Shown here piece by piece: positions 55,513-64,000 of a stretch of 64,000 nt of DNA (positions are counted from its first letter, which is position 1; the number at the start of each line of letters is the position of its first letter). Under the pieces are notes generated by a model. The model had not been told where the DNA came from. It made no database searches and saw only the letters and a program-made list of their open reading frames with translations. This DNA comes from Nostoc sp. NMS7 (GTDB lineage: Bacteria > Cyanobacteriota > Cyanobacteriia > Cyanobacteriales > Nostocaceae). The stretch covers positions 4,157-68,156 of the forward strand of contig NZ_JABXKJ010000248.1 in assembly GCF_017115085.1 (NCBI RefSeq). Direction: 5' to 3'. A program made the translations under genes and the position numbers.

Positions 55513-56448
55513 CTAATGACTAGTAAGAGCGATCGCTACCAGTTGCGCTAATAAATTAATTAGCACTAATTCATCTTCCCGTAAAGTGCAGGGTTGTTTC
55601 CACTGTACTGACAATACGCCCAAAAGCTGATTATGGTAGCTAACTGGGATAACTAAATGTGCTTGCACACCCGTATTTTGGTAGTGAATAGCATCAACTA
55701 ATTTAGTGTCTTTAAATACATTTAAGGAAACTTGCATTTGCCCGGTGGCGATCGCTTCCCTTGTGAGTGGATCTTCAGATAGCCAATTCTCTATTGTACC
55801 TGTATCGCTGTAAGTTCCTTGAGTCGCAACCAGAGTATTTCCATCTGTAAGTTGTAAGATACAACCTTCTGCTCCAAAAGTCTGACTCACAGCCTGAGCA
55901 ATTGGAGCAAGAGTTTCCTCTAAGCTAGAAGCTGCTTGAGTTACCTGTACCAAAACACTCAGCAGTGCCATTTGAGCATAAGCACGGCGTAATTCTTCTG
56001 TGCGTTGCTTGAGCAAGTCGTAGGTTTCTGCCGCTCTTTGCACTACTGCCTTCAGTTGCCCTGGGTCCCAAGGCTTGGTGATATATTTGTAGACTTGTCC
56101 CGCATTAATCGCTTCTACCAAGTCTTCAATATCAGTAAATCCGGTGAGAATTATTCTTACCGTATCGGGAAACTGAGGTACAGTCTTGCTGAGAAACTCA
56201 GTTCCTTTCATTTCGGGCATCCGTTGATCGGAGATAATCACCGCTACCTCTCCTTCTGCTGCTAAAACTTCTAGGGCGTTCACCCCGCTATCAGCTTTCA
56301 AAACATTAAAGTCGCGTCGAAAGGTGCGATAAAGCAGATCGAGATTATCTGGCTCATCATCAACTACCAGGATTTTCAGCTTTTTTGGTCGTTCGAGAGT
56401 CATCACTTGATATTGGAGTTTATCAATTTCGAGATTGGACTTATCCAT
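55513..56448 (-). CDS. response regulator with receiver + GAF domains
   Basis: ILVVDDEPDNL...DQRMPEMKGTEFL...KPWD receiver domain, followed by a GAF-like C-terminal half. Confidence 0.8.
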   Translation of the reverse strand: MDKSNLEIDKLQYQVMTLERPKKLKILVVDDEPDNLDLLYRTFRRDFNVLKADSGVNALEVLAAEGEVAVIISDQRMPEMKGTEFLSKTVPQFPDTVRIILTGFTDIEDLVEAINAGQVYKYITKPWDPGQLKAVVQRAAETYDLLKQRTEELRRAYAQMALLSVLVQVTQAASSLEETLAPIAQAVSQTFGAEGCILQLTDGNTLVATQGTYSDTGTIENWLSEDPLTREAIATGQMQVSLNVFKDTKLVDAIHYQNTGVQAHLVIPVSYHNQLLGVLSVQWKQPCTLREDELVLINLLAQLVAIALTSH

Positions 56449-57080
56449 AAGATAGACATTTCCTTTAAATATTCATTATCTTGTTATATTCCATACCAAG
56501 CTTACTTGATAATAGCTCAAACTTCTCAAGGGTTTTTACGGACTTAATTTAGACGTTTAAATACGGTAATTTTGAATGCTACAGAGGAAATTTGCCTGCT
56601 AAAATATCTGAAGAGAGAAAAAATTCTACAAGAAAAACCAACTAAATTAGCGTAACTATAACGGTTTTGATCATCGATGAGCTACGTTAACAAACCTCCT
56701 TTGGATGCAACGCTCACTTATACATCACAGATATGCACTGGTGTCAACTTCAGGTGAAAGGCTTGTGTGATAATTATTTGAGTTTTTTCGATGTACTGCC
56801 GAGATTTTCGATCCCCCCTAACCCCCCTTAAAAAAGGGTGAACTAGAATCTTTTGCCCCCAATTTGCGGGGGTTGGAGGATCTAAAACTACGGAAAATTG
56901 CGTGTTTGGGCTGAAGTTGAGACGCATGACAGATGTGCTAGCCTGCAATCTCAAAATTAAAGTCGAGATAAGTTTCCACAGATCAACTCAAGGCAGTAGG
57001 TCTGGGTAGTTCATAGATTAGAATAGGACTTGCTCATGAGGTGTTAATCAACCTCTCAAGTTGAAGCTCGCACTCCGATT

Positions 57081-58169
57081 ATGACTGATCTACCAGCCAA
57101 CGCTCAGAATCCCGAAGAAAATGCTACCAACGATGTAGCACAAGAATTACTGCGAAAGTTGAGGCAAAAACAAGGCAACTGGGTAGAATGGGGAATGGCG
57201 ATCGCCTCGTTGCTAAAAGTCGGTTACAATCCCCAAGAAATTTTTGAGGCGACTGGATTTGAGCCAATTCAACAAAATCAGGTAGTTGTTGGTTCTCAAG
57301 TTTACAATTCTTTGGAAAAGTTTGGATCTGACTCAGCAACGCGATCACACTATGCCACACGCGGCAGTGATATTTTATATGAATTGCGTTTGCTTACTCA
57401 AGAAGAACGCGCTAGCGCCGCCGAACTGATTTTTATCCAGAAAGTCGATGCCGATGAGGCGCGGGAAGTGGCAAAAGCCATTAAAGAGTTTTCCTATTTC
57501 CGCATTTTGCCAGAAGGCTTTTCTGCCCATCCTGGGGATGCGGTTGCTTACCAAGTTTGGAAACGGGCACGCCAAAATACAGATTTACAACAGCGATCGC
57601 GTCTGATCGCCAAAGGTTTACGCTTTGCTCACACGCCAGCTGCAAGGACAAAAATCGAACAGCTACTAACTGATTTTACTACCATTCCCCAGCGTCCGGC
57701 TCCCATTTTACCATTTTACCGCCTGGAATCTGAAGAACAATTACCCCGAATCGTTCCCGTAGTCGGCGAGTTGCCATTGTCACGGCAAGATTTGCAAGCT
57801 GTGCCCATAGTTACAGAAATTGAACCATTTCGGATGGTGAAGTTTTCTGGAGAGCAAGCTTGGGTACCATTACCAGGTTGGCAAGTGCTGTTAGCAGCAG
57901 AAGATCCAGTAGTAATTATCGCCAATAGCGATCGCTTCCCCATCCAAAACCAAAGCCGAATAGAACCCGTCGTCGTAGTCATCGATCGCGCCCAACGAGA
58001 ATGGGATATCTCTAACTATTTTGTCGTTGAAAATGCTGGTGAATTAGATTTTCAGTGGTTTGAAACTGAGCCGGAAGTTCCTCTACTTGGACAAATTATT
58101 ATCATTGTGCGTCCTAAGAAAATTCTGGATGAAGAATTAACTAAGGATTCCTGGCAGATTGACGAATAA
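57081..58169 (+). CDS. raf1: RuBisCO accumulation factor 1
   Basis: QGNWVEWGMAIASLLKVGYNPQEIFEATGFEPIQQNQVVVGSQVYNSL is typical of the cyanobacterial Raf1 N-domain, and the size is about 360 aa. Confidence 0.75.
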   Translation: MTDLPANAQNPEENATNDVAQELLRKLRQKQGNWVEWGMAIASLLKVGYNPQEIFEATGFEPIQQNQVVVGSQVYNSLEKFGSDSATRSHYATRGSDILYELRLLTQEERASAAELIFIQKVDADEAREVAKAIKEFSYFRILPEGFSAHPGDAVAYQVWKRARQNTDLQQRSRLIAKGLRFAHTPAARTKIEQLLTDFTTIPQRPAPILPFYRLESEEQLPRIVPVVGELPLSRQDLQAVPIVTEIEPFRMVKFSGEQAWVPLPGWQVLLAAEDPVVIIANSDRFPIQNQSRIEPVVVVIDRAQREWDISNYFVVENAGELDFQWFETEPEVPLLGQIIIIVRPKKILDEELTKDSWQIDE

Positions 58170-58654
58170 ATTCGATTTATTACAAAATTCAACTAAATTT
58201 TGTAATAACTTTTAAGAGAACGCACTGGAGCAATAATCTCAACAGACGTTAATTAAGTAGAACGGTGTTAATAATTAAAGGTTTGTAGTAATCGGCTTTA
58301 GCCCGGCTTTGAAGGCTGAAGCCCTTTCTACGAGCCAACCTCTATTTTTTAAAATTAGTTAACATAGTTTGATTGATTCTCGCTTACTTAACTTATCATC
58401 AGAGGCAAATGCTTAAGAAATTAAGCATTTTTTTTGTGAGTTTAGATTTTGCGGTATCTTCATATTTTATAAGCAGAATTATTCAACCAAAAACAAATTC
58501 CTGGTTTTTCGATTTAGTTTCTTAACAAAATAGAATTCTGCAAAGCGGTACTAGCCTGTAATTTTCCCTTGTTCTAGGAGTTCATCAAAAGGGGCAATTA
58601 CTTAAATCGGCTTTGTGCATATCATCATTAGTGAGAAATTAAGGAGAGAACAAG

Positions 58655-59998
58655 ATGGCATTTATTTACGGCACCATAGGTAATGACAAAAGAAATGGGA
58701 CTTCGGGAGATGACATAATAGTTGGTTGGGCTAGTGGTGGTAATGCCAATAGTCCGTCCGGTAACGATAGCTTGAATGGTGCAGCTGGTAACGATTCGCT
58801 CGCTGGTGGTACAGGAAACGACTTTTTAATCGGTGACACTGGCAATGACACACTTGATGGCGGCACAGGTATCGACATCTTGAATGGGGGAGTAGGCAAC
58901 GACACTTACATCATTGACAGCCTTAAGGACACCATTATCGAAGCTACTAATTCCGGCACGGATAGCGTCCAGTCTTTTGTCACCTACACACTCGGTGCCA
59001 ATCTGGAGAACTTGAAGCTGATCGGAAATAACCCGATCAACGGGACAGGTAACAGTCTTAACAACTTCCTCTTTGGTAATAGTGTTAACAACACTCTGAA
59101 TGGAAGAGCAGGCGATGACACACTAGACGGTAATTTTGGTAATGATATCCTCAATGGTGAGGACGGCAATGATAGTCTCCAGGGCGGGCCGGGCAATGAC
59201 GTACTCAATGGGGGGGCTGGAAACGACATCCTCATCGGTGTTTATCCTGGTAGTCTGCTTCCACCTGGATTAGGGGAGATTGATAATTTGAATGGTGGGG
59301 CTGGGGCAGATACATTTGTCCTGGGGGACGCTGAAAATGTTTTCTACGACGATAACAACACTACGAATCCTGGTTTTGGGGACTTCGCTACTATTAGTGA
59401 CTTCGACTCTAGCCAAGATCGAATTCAACTCAAAGGAGCTCCACAGGACTACCGCCTGCAAGCTGTTGGAGGTAACACACGAATATTCTCAAAGCAACCG
59501 GGACAGACAGATGAAATCATCGGTATTGTGCAAGGGAGAAACAATCTCAGACTTGATAGTGATGACTTCCTTTTCTATGAGCGGGAAAATGCTGGAGAAG
59601 GTACAAACAACACACTGGGGAGCGCTGAAGGGTTAGGTTCCCTATCATCAGGCTCAGAGGTTAATCTTTCAGCCCAGATTGTAACAGTTCAACCGGGGGC
59701 TAATCCCGATTTCGACTTTTTTACATTTTCTTTAGCAAATCCAGAAACTGTGACTATCAGGACAATAACATCTGGAGATACAGTTCTCGGACTGTTTGAT
59801 AGTTCTGGGATTTTAGTGCAAAGTAACGACGATGGTGGCGGTGGCAATTCGTCATTAATCACCAGTTTCCTGGGTGCAGGTACGTACTCAATTTCAGTGA
59901 GTAGATATCCTTCCTTACCTCAAGATGGCGGAATTTTCTCTAATAACTCCACATCTAGCCTTGATCTGTCTTATACGCTAGGAGTCACTGTGGCATAA
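58655..59998 (+). CDS. secreted calcium-binding protein: RTX (GGxGxD) nonapeptide repeats + pre-peptidase C-terminal (PPC) domain
   Basis: Multiple GNDxLxGGxG repeats. The C-terminal DFDFFTFSL...GDTVLGLFDSSG...NDDGGG resembles a PPC domain. Confidence 0.8.
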   Translation: MAFIYGTIGNDKRNGTSGDDIIVGWASGGNANSPSGNDSLNGAAGNDSLAGGTGNDFLIGDTGNDTLDGGTGIDILNGGVGNDTYIIDSLKDTIIEATNSGTDSVQSFVTYTLGANLENLKLIGNNPINGTGNSLNNFLFGNSVNNTLNGRAGDDTLDGNFGNDILNGEDGNDSLQGGPGNDVLNGGAGNDILIGVYPGSLLPPGLGEIDNLNGGAGADTFVLGDAENVFYDDNNTTNPGFGDFATISDFDSSQDRIQLKGAPQDYRLQAVGGNTRIFSKQPGQTDEIIGIVQGRNNLRLDSDDFLFYERENAGEGTNNTLGSAEGLGSLSSGSEVNLSAQIVTVQPGANPDFDFFTFSLANPETVTIRTITSGDTVLGLFDSSGILVQSNDDGGGGNSSLITSFLGAGTYSISVSRYPSLPQDGGIFSNNSTSSLDLSYTLGVTVA

Positions 59999-60285
59999 GA
60001 AGGTTGTCAACTGAAAGATTGTACTGACATCAGAAGGCAGATTCAAGGATACTTTTCCTGCTCACTAGGGGGACACGTTGTGGTGTCTCCCTAGTGAGCA
60101 AACAGATATAAATGGCGACAAAGTAGGAAGTAGAAGTGGATTTAAAGTAGTATATATAAAATACATAACTCCTCGCGATCGCTAATAATGCTATTCTTAT
60201 TTCAGTAGAGAATCAAGCCCGCCAAGCGTGAAACTTCAGCCTAAAATCAGAACTACCGACCACTTTGTACAGATGGAATATCTAA

Positions 60286-62631
60286 GTGCAATCGCCTATT
60301 CCTAACCTGCAAGAGAAGATTCTTGGAATCCGTAACAGTCTACGCCCTGGACAGCAACAAATGGCTGACTGGGAATCTGGGCCTTTGGCTATTTCTGCGG
60401 TTCCTGGTGCAGGTAAATCTACTGGGATGGCGGCGGCAGCAGCGATCGCGATCGCCCGTCAATATCAACGTTCATCCTTACGCCGTCACTTGGTAGTTGT
60501 GACTTTTACTCGCTCGGCTGCTGCCAACATTAAAGCGAAGATTCGCAAATTCTTACGAGATAATTTATCTATACCTCAGACGGGCTTTTTTGTCTATACT
60601 CTACATGGTCTAGCGTTAAACATTGCCAGCCGCCATTCTGATTTATCAGGTTTGCAATTAGAAAATGTCACATTAATTACACCAACCCAAAGTAACCGCT
60701 TTATCAGAACAGCCGTAGAGCAATGGATTGGGAATAATCCGGGAATATATTTGCGGTTATTAGAAGGTCATCAATTTGACGGGGAAGAGACAGAAAGGTT
60801 GCGTCGTCAATCGGTGCTGCGAACAGAAGTATTACCGGAATTGGCTAATACGGTAATTCATGAAGCAAAAAGTTCTGGGATATCGCCAGAGAAGTTGCGG
60901 GAATGGAGTAAACAAATCACAGATGAATATGCAATTTTGAGTGTCGCGGCGGGATTGTATGAACAATATCAAAACTTAATGCGATCACGTGACTTCATCG
61001 ACTACGACGATATGATTTTAGCCGCACTGCGCGTTTTAGAAAATGACAGTGCGCGTCGCATTGAGCAAAACCAAGTTTTCGCCGTCTTTGAAGACGAAGC
61101 CCAAGATTCTAGCCCTCTTCAGACGCAGCTTTTAGAAATTTTGGCAAGTGATGGGGGAGATGAAGAAGATAATTTTTCACTCCTAACTCCTCACTCCCCA
61201 CTCAATCTAGTAAGAGTCGGCGATCCTAACCAAGCGATTAACTCTACTTTCACCCCAGCCGATCCGATTTATTTTCGGCAATTTTGCGAAGAGTGCGATC
61301 GCATTAAACGATTGGCAACGATGGATCAAGCTGGTCGCAGTACTAGAATTATCATTGAAGCGGCTAACTTTGCGCTCAAATGGATCAATAATCAGTCGTT
61401 AGCAACAAGAAATAATAAACAACAGACTCCAGACAACCGACAAGTACCATTTCGCTTGCAGACAATTCGCCCTGTTGAAGTTAATGATCCGCAAACTAAC
61501 GCTAACCCCGCAGCAGTCGGAGGAGGACTAGAACTTTATACCCCGCGTGACATTCATCACACGGTTGAATTGTTATCTCAAAGGGTGATTCAATTATTTG
61601 GGGAAGATCCAACAAAAAATAGTGCCGCGATTTTAGTGCGAGAAAATCGCCAAGGACGATGGTTAGCAGAGGCTCTGACATCTGTCTGCAAAGAGCATAA
61701 TATTATACTTTACGATGTGGGAGAACGCGATCGCCGTTCCCATGTCCCCCAAGAAATTTTAGGATTACTGCAATTTTGCGATCGCCCCCACTCCCCCGAT
61801 TACCTCAAAGCCGCACTAGAAGCATTAGTACAGCGCCAATTAATTCCTACCCAAGACCTCAACGCCCTTGCTAGTCTTCCAGAAGAATTTTTGTATCCTG
61901 GTCCTTTAGCAGTACCTCAGCCAGAAACAGTAGAAAAAGCTGCTCGCTTGTGTCGCAGTTTACTTCGCGCTCGCTTGGAATTGCCCCTGTATCAGCTAAT
62001 TTCTTTTCTCGCCTTGACCTTAAATTACGACCAGGCAGAATTAGCAACTGCTGACAAACTTGCAGAACGGGTTAACCAGCAGATAGCTGGCAATAGTTCG
62101 ATGGGGGGAATGCTGTCAGCTTTAAGTGAAATCGTCAGTTCTGAACGGTTTGAACCAGTGGAAACGGAGGATTCGGAAGAACGTTACACTCGTCCCGGTC
62201 AATTAACCATTATTACGATGCACAAAGCTAAAGGGCTAGATTGGGACTATGTGTTTCTTCCCTTTCTCCACGAAAATTTGATTCCTGGAAGATTTTGGGT
62301 TCCTCCCCAAAAGCAGTTCTTAGGGGATTTTACCTTATCAGAAGTAGCCCGCGCCCAAATTCGGGCGGCTCTCCACGGGGAATCTACTATACCAAATGTC
62401 ACACAAGCATGGGAACAAGCAAAGAACTTGAAAATCTCTGAAGAGTACCGTTTACTCTACGTTGCGATGACACGAGGAAAGCGTCTGGTGTGGATGTCTG
62501 CGGCGCAAAAAGCCCCCTTTACTTGGAGTAAACCGGATAATTTACAAGAACAAGCGCCTTGTCCGGTGTTTCCAGCATTAAAACGTCAATTCCCTGAATG
62601 TGTGATGAATTTAGGGACTGACAAGAAATAA
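60286..62631 (+). CDS. UvrD/REP (PcrA-like) superfamily 1 helicase
   Basis: Walker A AVPGAGKST, FEDEAQDS (motif II), RVGDPNQAI and TMHKAKGLDWDYVFLP...LLYVAMTRGK. Confidence 0.85.
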   Translation: MQSPIPNLQEKILGIRNSLRPGQQQMADWESGPLAISAVPGAGKSTGMAAAAAIAIARQYQRSSLRRHLVVVTFTRSAAANIKAKIRKFLRDNLSIPQTGFFVYTLHGLALNIASRHSDLSGLQLENVTLITPTQSNRFIRTAVEQWIGNNPGIYLRLLEGHQFDGEETERLRRQSVLRTEVLPELANTVIHEAKSSGISPEKLREWSKQITDEYAILSVAAGLYEQYQNLMRSRDFIDYDDMILAALRVLENDSARRIEQNQVFAVFEDEAQDSSPLQTQLLEILASDGGDEEDNFSLLTPHSPLNLVRVGDPNQAINSTFTPADPIYFRQFCEECDRIKRLATMDQAGRSTRIIIEAANFALKWINNQSLATRNNKQQTPDNRQVPFRLQTIRPVEVNDPQTNANPAAVGGGLELYTPRDIHHTVELLSQRVIQLFGEDPTKNSAAILVRENRQGRWLAEALTSVCKEHNIILYDVGERDRRSHVPQEILGLLQFCDRPHSPDYLKAALEALVQRQLIPTQDLNALASLPEEFLYPGPLAVPQPETVEKAARLCRSLLRARLELPLYQLISFLALTLNYDQAELATADKLAERVNQQIAGNSSMGGMLSALSEIVSSERFEPVETEDSEERYTRPGQLTIITMHKAKGLDWDYVFLPFLHENLIPGRFWVPPQKQFLGDFTLSEVARAQIRAALHGESTIPNVTQAWEQAKNLKISEEYRLLYVAMTRGKRLVWMSAAQKAPFTWSKPDNLQEQAPCPVFPALKRQFPECVMNLGTDKK

Positions 62632-62640
62632 ATTATCCAT

Positions 62641-62904
62641 CTTGTGGGGTGGGCAGGAAAGCCCGCCCTGAATATAGGACGGGTGTTCGCGTAGCGGCAC
62701 GTAGTGCGGACACCCATCCCACAAGAGAATTTGGGATGTTTTTTTATTTGTCAGCCCCTTAGCGGCATTAAATAATATCATGTCCGCATAATTAGTTATG
62801 CTAACCACAGTCAATACACCCCACCCCCAGCCCCTCCCCGCAAGCGGGGAGGGGCTGGGGGTGGGGTTCTTCGGGTTTAATAAGCAATCAAGCGGACATG
62901 ATAT
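62641..62904. repeat. cluster of palindromic elements: a hairpin at 62641-62725, and a MITE-like unit at 62775-62904 with 13-bp terminal inverted repeats and a central 23-bp perfect stem
   Basis: cttgtggggtggg...cccatcccacaag; atatcatgtccgc...gcggacatgatat; ccccacccccagcccctccccgc-aa-gcggggaggggctgggggtgggg (62819-62866). Confidence 0.6.
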
Positions 62905-63246
62905 AATTCGTAATTCGTAATTGGCATCTGTGCGACTCCCGGTATCTGGTCAGACACTAACCAGGGCAACGCATCTAAATATTGAAGGTTGATGTACCCA
63001 CAGACTTTTAATCCCCCCAACCCCTCTTGAAAAGCAAAGCTGTTTCATTCCTTCAAAAGCTCAAAAAAGACTTACTTGTGTTTAGAACCAGTCCTTTCAA
63101 GGTGGTTTCAAGGTGGTGAAATTTGGAACGAAGATTGGTTATTTCAACCTTCAAAAAACCCAAAATCTGAGCCGAGGATTCAAGATGGCAGCACTGAAAC
63201 AACGTATCTTCGTTTGTCACCTTGAAAGGGTTAGTCCTGGTGTTAT

Positions 63247-63489
63247 GAACGAAAAGACTTGTGCAGGACTTACGCAAACAATAGCCGAAACCCTTATTTT
63301 CAGGTAGGGGCAATTCATGAATTGCCCCTACCGCGTGTACTTTTGCGTAAGTCCTATTGCGTTGTGAACGAAAAGACTTGTGTTCTGAACGAAAAGACTT
63401 GTGTTCTGAACGAAAAGACTTGCGTTGTGAACGAAAAGACTTGTGTTCTGAACGAAAGTACTTGTGTTCTGAACGAAAAGACTTGTGTG
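63247..63489. repeat. 21-bp tandem array (unit gaacgaaaagacttgtgttct, ~6 units at 63366-63489 plus a solitary unit at 63247-63264) interrupted by a 91-bp palindromic MITE-like insert (63265-63355)
   Basis: The units are head to tail. The insert has aggacttacgcaaa / tttgcgtaagtcct arms and an inner gtaggggcaattcatgaattgcccctac palindrome. Confidence 0.85.
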
Positions 63490-63535
63490 TACACTATTTC
63501 AATCAACATCAAGCGCACCGTCTTCACAGCAATTT

Positions 63536-64000
63536 TTAAATCAGCGATGCAACGATATTAATAGTCATAGCTAAAATAGTGGTATTGAAAAAGAAGGATA
63601 ATATGCTATGTAACAGAGTCAAGCGCCTCATATCGCGTGATCTCGTCTCCACATCTGAAACTTGACTAGTCATGCCAACTACAAAAGAATAATATAAAAA
63701 TTCCCAATAGTCTGGATGGTCATTATCAGGAAAATTTAAACCTCCGGTGATTTCTTCACTATTATTATGATTAATGTATTTGTAATAACTGTGTGCATAT
63801 TGGACTGCAAACATCGTATGCACTAGTAACCAGGAACCGACAATGGTCATAATTGAAAGTATGACATGTAGCTTAAGCAGAATTGGTGACAAGCCTTTTT
63901 TATCAGTTAGTAAAAACACAATCGCTAAAACACTAGCACAAGCAGCAGCGATCACCAGCATGAATATAGCAAAATGTCCTTCATATTCATTCTCAGCATA
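63536..64000 (-). CDS. DUF1345 family membrane protein (5' end probably beyond the window)
   Basis: FAVQYAHSYY...DYWEFLYYSFVVGMTSQVSD is typical of DUF1345. The reading frame stays open up to the window edge. Confidence 0.6.
   Translation of the reverse strand, partial: YAENEYEGHFAIFMLVIAAACASVLAIVFLLTDKKGLSPILLKLHVILSIMTIVGSWLLVHTMFAVQYAHSYYKYINHNNSEEITGGLNFPDNDHPDYWEFLYYSFVVGMTSQVSDVETRSRDMRRLTLLHSILSFFFNTTILAMTINIVASLI

Overview
This window looks like chromosome from a filamentous, Nostocales-type cyanobacterium. HIP1 octamers (GCGATCGC) occur throughout, there are heptameric STRR tracts, and the gene content fits (PRK-like kinase, Raf1, PDH-E2, acyl-ACP/CoA synthetase, and the secE-nusG-rplKAJL cluster preceded by tRNA-Trp). 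Housekeeping genes fill about 1-25.6 kb and 46.6-64 kb.

The centrepiece is a 20.0-kb type V-K CRISPR-associated transposon (CAST) at 25688-45688, inserted 3 nt after tRNA-Ala(CGC).
- The tRNA-proximal end carries TnsB-type repeats, a delocalised short guide whose 17-nt spacer matches the tRNA, an 8-repeat CRISPR array, a tracrRNA region, cas12k and a divergent RHH regulator.
- The cargo is a type I R-M system (hsdM/S/R) interleaved with three PIN toxin-antitoxin modules, a DUF45/M48 peptidase and an orphan nuclease-like gene.
- The far end carries tniQ, tnsC and tnsB.

The class is already known, but this copy has several non-canonical or decay features.
- tnsB is split by an in-frame TAA.
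- TnsC lacks canonical Walker A/B motifs and has a broken C-terminus.
- Two opposite-strand genes lie between tnsC and tniQ.
- hsdM is broken at a G7 tract.
- There is no target-site duplication, and a helicase/DUF1998 gene fragment abuts the tnsB-side end.

Other observations outside the CAST:
- An integrase sits next to a truncated radC.
- A DUF4157 toxin-like gene is frameshifted by a perfect 13-bp tandem duplication.
- A secreted lectin has three CVNH half-domains.
- Two Rpn-family nuclease genes each carry one in-frame stop.
- Three arrays of 21-bp tandem repeats are present, one of them inside the CAST.

All homology statements come from reading the translations and from memory of the families. 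No database search was run.
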